The notes beneath the pieces are model-generated. The model was not told where the DNA came from and did no database searches. It was given only the letters and a program-made list of their open reading frames with translations. Positions 9,314-17,753 of a DNA stretch of 64,000 nt are shown here, piece after piece; positions within the stretch are counted from its first letter, which is position 1, and every line of letters begins with the position of its first letter. The position numbers and the translations under genes are program-made. Origin of the DNA: a virus; IMG/VR virus record IMGVR_UViG_3300045988_140928, positions 32,001-96,000 of that record; one strand, written 5' to 3'.

Positions 9314-10459
9314 TCAGTCTGCATAATGAGTCTGAACATGGTTTTGAGCCTCGATCTTATCTAGGGTTTCCGATACCAATTTGCTAATACTTGATAAAGT
9401 ATCGTAAGTGTATTTTATCCTTAAAAGATTAATATTATTATCTAAACAAAATTGATCTTTTATTCTATCGTGTTTAACTAAGTCTGTAGAATAAAATTTA
9501 GAACCTCTATCAAAATGCTGTTTACCATCATATTCTATACATAAATTATAGTCTGGTAAATAAAAATCAAAGGGAAGCCTACGCTTATCTCTACACCCGT
9601 CAAACTTAAATTCTCTACAATACTCGATACTTAACTTATCCAATACCTTAGCAACCATAGAATTACCGTGACTAGATCCATGTTGAAAACACCAAGGGCA
9701 ACGGTGACCACTACCTATAAAATCATAAGGAATCATACTAAAACTCTTCCTACATATTTTATGCTTAAAAACAACTTTAGTCTTAGCATTTTTATATTTA
9801 CTCAATACTGTATAGTCACCATCAGTTAAGTTACATACAGTCTCTTCAAATTCTTGCTGTGTCCTTCTATGCTTTCCAAAACATCGAGGGCATCTTTCTC
9901 CTCCTAAGAAAGCAGTAGGACTAACCATATACACATTCCCACAAGAAAAATGTTTAACCTTGACCTTTGTATGTGAATTTTTATATACACTTAATAATTT
10001 ATAATCATCTTTTGCAACATAATAGAAGTCATGTTCAAACTGCTTAGGTGTTTTTCTAACTCCCCCTTTGCATCGAGGACATCTAGCACCCCGCAAAAAA
10101 GCACTAGGTGATACCTCATATTCATTCCCACACTTATTATGTTTCATCAAAATTTTAGTATTACTACCTACATATTCACCTAAAATAGAATATTCATTTC
10201 CTACTAAATTATATACCCTATCTCTAAATTCATCTGTAGTAAGTCTACACTTGATTCCTTTTTCTTTATCTGAGCAATAAAGACAAGTAGCTCCCCTATA
10301 AATATTACTAGGAAACATTAAGTTAATATGACCACATTTTAAATGCTTAACCCTAACTCTCGTAGTTGAGTTAACATACTTATCCAAAATAGCGTAATCG
10401 GAACCTAAAGCTCTAGTTGCCCTCTGAAGAAATTCTTCATTAGTTAATTTCCTAGACAT
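9314..10459 (-). CDS. free-standing homing-endonuclease-like protein: 4 zinc-ribbon repeats plus C-terminal PD-(D/E)XK (Vsr/DUF559-like) nuclease
   Basis: Four repeats of about 55 aa with the pattern Y..L..Y.n..tKv..KH..CG.....P..F..G.RCP.C. C-terminus RLPFDFYLPDYNLCIEYDGKQHF...HDRIKD. The last 18 aa duplicate the sheath C-terminus. Confidence 0.7.
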   Translation of the reverse strand: MSRKLTNEEFLQRATRALGSDYAILDKYVNSTTRVRVKHLKCGHINLMFPSNIYRGATCLYCSDKEKGIKCRLTTDEFRDRVYNLVGNEYSILGEYVGSNTKILMKHNKCGNEYEVSPSAFLRGARCPRCKGGVRKTPKQFEHDFYYVAKDDYKLLSVYKNSHTKVKVKHFSCGNVYMVSPTAFLGGERCPRCFGKHRRTQQEFEETVCNLTDGDYTVLSKYKNAKTKVVFKHKICRKSFSMIPYDFIGSGHRCPWCFQHGSSHGNSMVAKVLDKLSIEYCREFKFDGCRDKRRLPFDFYLPDYNLCIEYDGKQHFDRGSKFYSTDLVKHDRIKDQFCLDNNINLLRIKYTYDTLSSISKLVSETLDKIEAQNHVQTHYAD

Positions 10460-10520
10460 TCCCCATCACCTAACCTTACATAGTTAAGCATAGAATAACC
10501 CTACAAAGTAAAGAAGTCAA

Positions 10521-10556
10521 AAGAAAAAAAAAAGAAAAGGACTTAATATCCCCTTC
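10521..10556 (-). terminator. intrinsic terminator after sheath-like gene
   Basis: Minus strand AAGGGG-ATATTAAGT-CCTTTT followed by a run of more than 10 T. Confidence 0.45.
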
Positions 10557-10569
10557 TATTTATCCTAAA

Positions 10570-12513
10570 TTACATATCTGCATAGTGAGTCTGGACTCTT
10601 GAGTTGGCTTCAATCCCAGCCACAGTCTCCGTGTCTGGGTTAATTCCGTTCCCTTCAATTCCACTGTAATCAGAGTTAGAACCACCATTACCACCAGCAC
10701 TTGATACAAAGTTAGTATAAGTACCAGCAACGTAGATAGTTCGTAGTCCACGTGATGGAGCACAGGAGAATGAAACATAAGCTTGATTACCATTGATTAC
10801 TGTTTGGATTGATGTAGCATCATAACTAGCTAACATACCATCAGAAACACGTTGTTTCAAGAATGCTTCAATAAAAGTATTAATCAAACCACTTGTAATT
10901 TGATGTACCGGCATACCAATGAAGTTGTCTTCAAGGTAATAACGCAAGTCATCAAATAAGAAGTCTGTAATTTCCTGTAATGAAACAACATTCTTAGTAG
11001 GTTCGTTAGTAGAGTTATAAGTAGTTACGTCTTCTACAATAGTAAATCCACCGGACGTATTTCTACGTACTTGGTTTTCAATAGCGATAACACCATTAGC
11101 GTCTAATTGGTCCAGTTCGTCACCATCAAAGTTTTGATCTAAACTTACTAAGTTAAGATGCTTATAAGTAACTGGTGTACCAATAGGTAAACTAGAAGCA
11201 ATACCAGCAACATAAGAAGCCATGAGGTAAGCAGGAATATGAACTTCCTTACCAGACAAATTAGTGTAAGTACCAGAGTTAGCAACAAGAGCTACACGGT
11301 TGGATTGCAGACCTAGCTGACGGTTAATTGCATAATTGAAATCTTCGTTATAGCCACCACCTACAAATGACATGTAGTTATAACCTAAAATGTTTTCTTC
11401 ACTAAGGAATTCAGCTAATTCAGCATGAACGTTTTCTTCAGCTGTTAATGGAACAATGTAGTAAACATTCTTACCATGTACATTCTTAAATTTATCAGCC
11501 CATGAAATAGGTACTTGACCATCGTCTCCACCAGAAAGGTATTCATTAGCAAAAATTTGAATATCTTTCTTAACTGGAGTAGCAGTAATAGTAGCACCAT
11601 CAGCAGTAGGAGTAGCCTTAACTTCTGTAGGTGCACCTAATGAATTAATGCTTACTGAAATGTAAGGGTCCATTCGAGTAGATAACTTCAAATCACCGTA
11701 AACACTAGTAACAGTAGTAGGTTCTTCTTCCGTACCAATCAATACGTAGTCGTCACCCGGTGTTAAATCTAAGTCTGCCGTGTTAATACGGGCACAAGTC
11801 TTCAAAACTGTCGATTGAAAGCCCGGTGTTGCATTAATAGCAGACAAAAGCTTTTGAACCTGATCAAATGAAACTTTAGTAAGGTCCAATTCACGTACTA
11901 CTTGCATATTCTTAGGATCATCACCCATAGCTAGGATAAACTTATTAGCACGAGCAACATTACCTACAACTTTATAACCGTAGTACTTTGCAGTAGCTTG
12001 GCGACCTCCATGGTAAATGCCAAAGATATTACCAATGTTAGTGTAGTTCTTAGCGTACATTTGTGGTTCATATTCTACCCGTAAAGTATAACCCTGTGAT
12101 AAAGCGTCCCGAGTAAATGAAACCCCAATCTTATTAGCACTAGCACCAAAAACTTTAGAAGTAATAGTGATGGGGCCTTCTTCTAGTGAAGCTTGCGTAG
12201 CATTTTCAACCCGCATAGCGTAAACCTTACCACCATTTTGGTAGTAATCACCAGTTGGATTCCAGATTAATTCCATTGCCTTTACTAAGTCACCAGAACC
12301 AAAAATCTTTCGAGCACTGGCAGATGACTTAATTTCATAAACATTATTAGGATTACCTTCTGTTGCTGAACCTAGCAAAAAGATATTCTTTTCTGAGTCT
12401 GAAGATTGGTTAGTTAAGGCTGAGTCATCATAACTTGTTTCAACATGAGGACGTGAATTATAAAACTTTGGATAGATTCGCTTCATAGTATCAGATGAAG
12501 GAATTAATGCCAT
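10570..12513 (-). CDS. tail sheath-like protein
   Basis: About 647 aa from ATG 12513 (AAGGAACGGG upstream). The central and C-terminal blocks (YYIVPLT...LAEFL, RVALVANSG, YLMASYVAGIASSLPIGTPVTYKHLNLVSL, LDANGVIAIEN, FTIVEDVTTY) match my recollection of sheath domain patterns. No tube gene is recognisable next to it. Confidence 0.6.
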   Translation of the reverse strand: MALIPSSDTMKRIYPKFYNSRPHVETSYDDSALTNQSSDSEKNIFLLGSATEGNPNNVYEIKSSASARKIFGSGDLVKAMELIWNPTGDYYQNGGKVYAMRVENATQASLEEGPITITSKVFGASANKIGVSFTRDALSQGYTLRVEYEPQMYAKNYTNIGNIFGIYHGGRQATAKYYGYKVVGNVARANKFILAMGDDPKNMQVVRELDLTKVSFDQVQKLLSAINATPGFQSTVLKTCARINTADLDLTPGDDYVLIGTEEEPTTVTSVYGDLKLSTRMDPYISVSINSLGAPTEVKATPTADGATITATPVKKDIQIFANEYLSGGDDGQVPISWADKFKNVHGKNVYYIVPLTAEENVHAELAEFLSEENILGYNYMSFVGGGYNEDFNYAINRQLGLQSNRVALVANSGTYTNLSGKEVHIPAYLMASYVAGIASSLPIGTPVTYKHLNLVSLDQNFDGDELDQLDANGVIAIENQVRRNTSGGFTIVEDVTTYNSTNEPTKNVVSLQEITDFLFDDLRYYLEDNFIGMPVHQITSGLINTFIEAFLKQRVSDGMLASYDATSIQTVINGNQAYVSFSCAPSRGLRTIYVAGTYTNFVSSAGGNGGSNSDYSGIEGNGINPDTETVAGIEANSRVQTHYADM

Positions 12514-12542
12514 TTTATCCCGTTCCTTTCTACTTAACAATA

Positions 12543-12752
12543 TTAACCATTAATATAATGGTCTAGTTCTTCAAGATATACATGTGGATCGTATACAAAA
12601 AGCATATCCTTAGAACGCATTAAGTTACTAAATCCAGCAAGCTGTATATCAGTTAATTTTCGATACTTAGCCATTCCCTTAACTGTAGACAAAAAGTCTT
12701 CCAAAGAGTAAAGGGCTAGCTTTTGAGCTTTCTTCACCAATCTATTCACCAC
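12543..12752 (-). CDS. hypothetical small protein
   Basis: 69-aa ORF packed between structural genes. Confidence 0.4.
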   Translation of the reverse strand: MVNRLVKKAQKLALYSLEDFLSTVKGMAKYRKLTDIQLAGFSNLMRSKDMLFVYDPHVYLEELDHYING

Positions 12753-13587
12753 CTAAAATAATCTTATCTAATGTTTGATTCATATTCTGTTTAATCGTTT
12801 GGGTTACATGATAATTTACAGTTAAACGGCGATAGTACAATTGTTGACCACCAAGACTATTTTCTGCTGTACTTACGTCTTGAACCATATCCATACCATT
12901 TAACTCAACACTAGGCAAAAAGACAGCGCCGTTATCCTCTAATGACTTTCGCAAATAGGTTTCAATATAAACAAATATTCCAGAAAGACAACGAATAGTA
13001 TTTGTATTATTGGAGATAAAATCTATTGTTACAGCTTCTATGGTATTTATACCTATTGGATAAGACTGACCTGTATTTTCTTCTTTAATTATATAGAACA
13101 GATCAAATTTAGAATCTTTATTATAGATAGGTAAATAGGGAATATAGACCTTATTGTCCCTTACTTCATATACATTAGTTTGCGGAATTGAGTAAACACT
13201 TTTAATAGGTTTACTAGGTTGTAAATAAGCTTGTTTACCATCAACAACCACAGGTAATTTTTCATGGGTTAAATTCCCGTTATCATTAGAAACTAAATTA
13301 CCTTGGTAATTACCTAATACTGCGTTATCCTCGTCTTCCTGTGATCCCTTAAACTGTGCTAATAAAAAAGCTGTTTTAGGGGGTGTCTGGGGAAAAGCAA
13401 AATAAAGAGGAATTTCAACCCCATGATTACCCTTTCCAATTCCGTATGTATTAATAAAGTTATCTACAATTTTGTCGGGAAGTTGGCTAAGTATTTCCTG
13501 TTTTATAATATAGGGATTAGCAAGTATACCTTTTAAGAGGGAATTAACCTCATCGACTATATGCTGATCTACTAATTCAATACTCAT
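12742..13587 (-). CDS. virion neck/tail-proximal structural protein (unassigned)
   Basis: 281 aa. Start and stop are coupled to neighbouring ORFs in the head-to-tail region. Confidence 0.45.
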   Translation of the reverse strand: MSIELVDQHIVDEVNSLLKGILANPYIIKQEILSQLPDKIVDNFINTYGIGKGNHGVEIPLYFAFPQTPPKTAFLLAQFKGSQEDEDNAVLGNYQGNLVSNDNGNLTHEKLPVVVDGKQAYLQPSKPIKSVYSIPQTNVYEVRDNKVYIPYLPIYNKDSKFDLFYIIKEENTGQSYPIGINTIEAVTIDFISNNTNTIRCLSGIFVYIETYLRKSLEDNGAVFLPSVELNGMDMVQDVSTAENSLGGQQLYYRRLTVNYHVTQTIKQNMNQTLDKIILGGE

Positions 13588-14300
13588 TAACTATTCTCAC
13601 CTGCCTTATTGTATCTATCTATAATTTGTTCAATTGCCTGCTGTACAACTTTAGCGACCTCTTGTGCTTGTTGTTCATTTTCTGTTTCTTGATTAATTTT
13701 TGCATTCATACCCGATTTTGAGGTGACCCATGAATTAGGATCTGACTTATCTGAAACAGTACGGAATGATATATACTGTCCTCTTGTAGCTGAACTACCA
13801 AACCGTTCACGAGTAACGCTAGTAGACTTCCACTGATAAGCAATTGGACTACTATTAACTCCTCCAGCATTAGATAAAATCTTTTGAAACCTAGCTATAT
13901 TCTCATCTGCACTAGAAGTAGTACCAAACTCAGTATGACTAATTGTGTCCCATAGTCTACGACCAAAAGCTTGACGATATTCCGTTGCACGATTTGAAAT
14001 TGGTATTCTAATATACCAACCCCCATCTTTAGTAGGCTTAGCCTTAGGCGAACGAGCAAAAGCCTGTTTTAAATCATAAAACCCTACATTCTCATTATTA
14101 GCATCATTCAGAATTCGATAAGCCACAGACACACTAGATCCACTATCTCTAACTGCAAGATTACCAAAAGTCTTTTTTAATTCATTAGCTAAACCTTTAG
14201 TATAGGACTCAGTAATCTGCTTTTCGTCTATCTGCTTATTAAAGAAATCATGGAGACCTCTAATAGACTCATTACTAATTAAATCTGATATTTGAGCCAT
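13587..14300 (-). CDS. head-tail connector-type protein (unassigned)
   Basis: 237 aa. Blocks GGWYIRIPIS and YISFRTVSDKSDPNSW. Position between the capsid and sheath genes. Confidence 0.45.
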   Translation of the reverse strand: MAQISDLISNESIRGLHDFFNKQIDEKQITESYTKGLANELKKTFGNLAVRDSGSSVSVAYRILNDANNENVGFYDLKQAFARSPKAKPTKDGGWYIRIPISNRATEYRQAFGRRLWDTISHTEFGTTSSADENIARFQKILSNAGGVNSSPIAYQWKSTSVTRERFGSSATRGQYISFRTVSDKSDPNSWVTSKSGMNAKINQETENEQQAQEVAKVVQQAIEQIIDRYNKAGENS

Positions 14301-14303
14301 TAC

Positions 14304-15335
14304 TTAGCCCCCTAAGAAGTCGTCAAACTCATTCAATGTTGGGTCCTTAATTACAGACTGATTCTTACCGTCTGAGGTTGCCAAGTTAACATTAGAGAAG
14401 TAAAGATTTTCTCTTCTAATTAGTAATGTAGGAGGCATCCTAAAAATCTGGTGCTTACCAATTACAATCTGTGCTCCATCACGATTTACTACCTGAGGAT
14501 AAGAACGTAACTGAGCCTGTTTAATATTCTTAGGAACAATACTACTCATATCATTAGGATTAACATATTCATTACCTAATTGATCATCTTCATTAATAAC
14601 AGTCTCGTCTTCATTAACTGCACGGGTACCATTACCTAAAGCCCATAGTTTTTGATTAAGCTTATAATATTGTTGATAACGTAATTCTTTAATCATTGAG
14701 ACAACATAAAAACGCTTAATAACTTCTAATGATAAAGTAATAACTCTACCTAATAAGCTTTCGTCCTTAATCTCTAATTGATTACCTTCATTAATTAGTA
14801 AGGAACTATCAACATCATCAATAGATTTCAATTCTCCATTTTCAATATAATAAGCTTCATTAATAGACGCTACATCAAAGGGTAAAAATAGACCATCTTG
14901 TAAGCGTTCATTAGTCACATTAAATGTATAAGAGTCATTAGTCGTCCACCCAGTAACTGTAATTCTGTCGCCCGGTTTAATTCCTTGTTCAATTCCATTT
15001 ACAGTAACTTGTGGCGTTGCTTTACTAGTACCTAAATTATCCATACCAGTAGGATTTAGACTAAAATTCTTTTCATCACCTTGAATTGCCATATCAATTG
15101 TTCTTGGATGTAAATAAATCCAACCTTGACCATGACAAACAGGACAATTAGGCTGAGGTTGACCTGTCTGCTCATCTAAACAAGGACAATGATAAGCCTG
15201 CTCCCAAACAACGTTAACTGCGTGTTGCTGAATTAATTGAACTACCCTATCAATATCAAGAGGATTCATATTATTCTTAGCTGGGTAAAACGGATTAGCA
15301 GACTCTACTTTTTCATGCAAAGGATTATCAGCCAT
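14304..15335 (-). CDS. virion structural protein with zinc-knuckle (CPC...CPVC)
   Basis: 343 aa. AYHCPCLDEQTGQPQPNCPVCHGQGWIY. GGTGAAAT SD-like sequence before the ATG. Confidence 0.45.
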   Translation of the reverse strand: MADNPLHEKVESANPFYPAKNNMNPLDIDRVVQLIQQHAVNVVWEQAYHCPCLDEQTGQPQPNCPVCHGQGWIYLHPRTIDMAIQGDEKNFSLNPTGMDNLGTSKATPQVTVNGIEQGIKPGDRITVTGWTTNDSYTFNVTNERLQDGLFLPFDVASINEAYYIENGELKSIDDVDSSLLINEGNQLEIKDESLLGRVITLSLEVIKRFYVVSMIKELRYQQYYKLNQKLWALGNGTRAVNEDETVINEDDQLGNEYVNPNDMSSIVPKNIKQAQLRSYPQVVNRDGAQIVIGKHQIFRMPPTLLIRRENLYFSNVNLATSDGKNQSVIKDPTLNEFDDFLGG

Positions 15336-15386
15336 TGTAATTTCACCTACTTTCTATTTATCCTCTTTAATATAGGTTGAATTTAA

Positions 15387-15417
15387 AACACAAAAAAGAC
15401 ACCTAAATTAATAGGTG
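15387..15417 (-). terminator. intrinsic terminator
   Basis: Minus strand AGGCACCTA-TTAAT-TTAGGTGTCT followed by TTTTTT. Confidence 0.6.
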
Positions 15418-15495
15418 CCTTAAAAACCCAAAAGTAGTATATAGGTGTAAATGTATTAAGCCAAAATCGAAATGAATTAATGAACCTACAAATAC

Positions 15496-15524
15496 TATAG
15501 TAGCATATTAATTTTAACTGTCAA
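15496..15524 (-). promoter_or_regulatory. sigma-70-type promoter (TTGACA-16 nt-TGcTACTAT)
   Basis: Read on the minus strand just after the endonuclease stop. Extended -10 TG is present. Confidence 0.5.
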
Positions 15525-15540
15525 CACGTTTAACAGTAAA

Positions 15541-16638
15541 TTATAAAACAGCCTTTAAGAACTTCTTAATACCTTGGGGTGTATTAATTTTATAAGGAAT
15601 TCTAATTAAATAAATACCATGTGACTGACAATACCAGTCCTTTATGTGGTCACGTAACTTAGCCTCTCTAAAGTCATCTACTGTTCGCTGAAAATGATTT
15701 CTTTGAAAATGCTGTATACCATCGTATTCAATAGCAACCCCTATCTTGGGTAACCAAAAATCAAAAGGTAGTGTTCTTTTATATCTACACTGCTCAAATC
15801 TCTTTTGTATTTCATAAGCTATCCCCATCTTATCTAATACAGACTTAATATATTTCTCTCCAGTAGACTCATTACAATAAGGGCAACCAGTATTATTCTT
15901 AAGCAACCCAGTAGGTTGTGCTATAAATGTATGACCACAGATATTATGCTTAAACAATAGACGCTTTTGAGGTTTATAATCTTCTACTAAAGTATATTCA
16001 CCATGATAAATTTTGTTTAACTTATAATTATATTCGTCCTTAGTATATACATGATAAGTCTGGCACCTAGGACAACCCTTTAAATAATAAAAAGAATGGG
16101 GAGTTATCATCCATACATAGCCACATCTATTACACTGACACCTTATTCTTACTTCGTTACCTTGATAAGAATCCAAAAACTTAAACTGCCCATTATTTTT
16201 ACTTTCAACTCTCCTATAAAAATCATCTGAGGGGACTGATACTGCATGATTACAATAGGGACAACCAGTACCCCTAAAAAGATTATGAGCAATCGGATGA
16301 AAGATACGTCCACATTTTAGACACTTAACATCTAACCGTTCGTTAGCAAAAGTATACTTACTTAATACTACATACCTTCCATGATTAACTTTAGCAATCT
16401 TCTTATTAAAGTCTTCCTGTGTATAGGTCTGTTTCAAAACTCTACTTACTAACCCACACTTAGGGCAACGTTGTCTCCGTAAAAATGAATTAGGTGTCAT
16501 ATAAAATACATTACCACAGTCTATATGATAAAAAGCAACCTTAATCTTACTATTTTTATATGTAGTTAATGGAATAAACTCTTCACCTACTAAATTCTGA
16601 ACTTCCTCAGTAAATTCTTCATTAGTTTTTCTTCTCAT
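15541..16638 (-). CDS. free-standing homing-endonuclease-like protein (zinc-ribbon repeats plus PD-(D/E)XK)
   Basis: Paralogue of 9314..10459. Probable start is MRRKTNEEF at 16638. C-terminus TLPFDFWLPKIGVAIEYDGIQHF. Confidence 0.7.
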   Translation of the reverse strand: MRRKTNEEFTEEVQNLVGEEFIPLTTYKNSKIKVAFYHIDCGNVFYMTPNSFLRRQRCPKCGLVSRVLKQTYTQEDFNKKIAKVNHGRYVVLSKYTFANERLDVKCLKCGRIFHPIAHNLFRGTGCPYCNHAVSVPSDDFYRRVESKNNGQFKFLDSYQGNEVRIRCQCNRCGYVWMITPHSFYYLKGCPRCQTYHVYTKDEYNYKLNKIYHGEYTLVEDYKPQKRLLFKHNICGHTFIAQPTGLLKNNTGCPYCNESTGEKYIKSVLDKMGIAYEIQKRFEQCRYKRTLPFDFWLPKIGVAIEYDGIQHFQRNHFQRTVDDFREAKLRDHIKDWYCQSHGIYLIRIPYKINTPQGIKKFLKAVL

Positions 16639-16753
16639 AACTTCCATACCTTTCAAATATTTCGATATAACTAAAATAAATAGGAATAATCCCATTTATA
16701 TTATACCCCCAGAGACTAAATAAGCAACCAACTCATAAAAAGAAATAATGAGG

Positions 16754-17734
16754 TTAAGAAAGAAATCCAATCTCAGGATTGCCGTAATAAGAGAGTAAGC
16801 GTTGTTCTATAGGTTTCATATCTCGAACCATCTGGTCTACTTCGGCAGTGGCGGCTGAGTTTTCAGCAGAAGCTGTAGTATTAAGACTAGTAGATATACC
16901 GTCCACTGAAACACTGTATGACGCAATACCCGCCCCAACAATATTTCTTGACCACTTCTCCAAAATTTCTACAGCACCTAACTTAGCAATATACGAAAGC
17001 ATATCAGGCTGAATCATCCAGTCATAATTAACCCCGTCTTTACCAGTATGTGGCATCATACCAGCAACATAAGTTACACCTAGCATTTGAGGCGCAAATT
17101 CCATTTGAGTAAAAGGACTAGGAGTCATTCCATATGGAGAATTAATTAAAGGATAAATAGTAGGGTTAATAGTAGTATTCAATCCTTGCATTAACACCGA
17201 AGGAGATACTTGTAATTGACCTGTACGATTAGTTACTTTAATCCATTCGTCTGGAATGTGCATAATATCTTGATTATTATAGTAAAGCAATAAGTCCTTA
17301 ACACTTAGAATAGGTCTCATTGTTGTATGTAGATAAGCAAAAGCATTAAAATCTGAACGATGATAATCTAAACGATCTACTTGTAAACGAGGGACAATTG
17401 CCACGTCAAAAATCTTTTCAGCTTGTGCAACCACCCGATTTAAAATCATCTTATAAAAACTATCTGGATAAGGTTCATTAGTAACAGGATCTACTAAGTC
17501 TCTTTCCATACCCATAAGTTCATTTTTAATTAAGTCAATATTAATACCTAAAGAGTCTAATGTTACATCTTCATAGTCACTGCCTAGAGCATAATCTGGA
17601 TTACCATTATAAGTCTGGATTGCTCCGGGCTGTTTTTGAATTTGAAAATAATTTCTTATATCTTCTTTCGACAAAATTTTAACCTGCCTTTCTGTTGAAG
17701 GTTTACCTAATTGTAATATAAAAAGACTACTCAT
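16754..17734 (-). CDS. virion-associated protein (unassigned)
   Basis: The ORF-track N-terminus overlaps the upstream gene. The first plausible start is ATG 17734, 20 nt after the upstream stop. The start is uncertain. Confidence 0.4.
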   Translation of the reverse strand: MSSLFILQLGKPSTERQVKILSKEDIRNYFQIQKQPGAIQTYNGNPDYALGSDYEDVTLDSLGINIDLIKNELMGMERDLVDPVTNEPYPDSFYKMILNRVVAQAEKIFDVAIVPRLQVDRLDYHRSDFNAFAYLHTTMRPILSVKDLLLYYNNQDIMHIPDEWIKVTNRTGQLQVSPSVLMQGLNTTINPTIYPLINSPYGMTPSPFTQMEFAPQMLGVTYVAGMMPHTGKDGVNYDWMIQPDMLSYIAKLGAVEILEKWSRNIVGAGIASYSVSVDGISTSLNTTASAENSAATAEVDQMVRDMKPIEQRLLSYYGNPEIGFLS

Positions 17735-17753
17735 TTGAGCAGTCTTTAATAAC

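Noticed and set aside
10527-10536. Intergenic A/T10 runs (10527-10536, 37129-38, 58927-35) as recoding sites.
   Set aside because: They lie outside coding sequence and fit terminator U-tracts or leaders. They do show that long A/T runs are common in this genome, which weakens but does not remove the case for the two coding A10 tracts.
9217-10569. A tail tube gene between the sheath and the chaperone.
   Set aside because: The slot is occupied by the endonuclease gene and two terminators. No ORF of about 130-170 aa with a tube-like sequence is present. The sheath call is kept at moderate confidence, and the tube gene may lie elsewhere or be unrecognisable to me.
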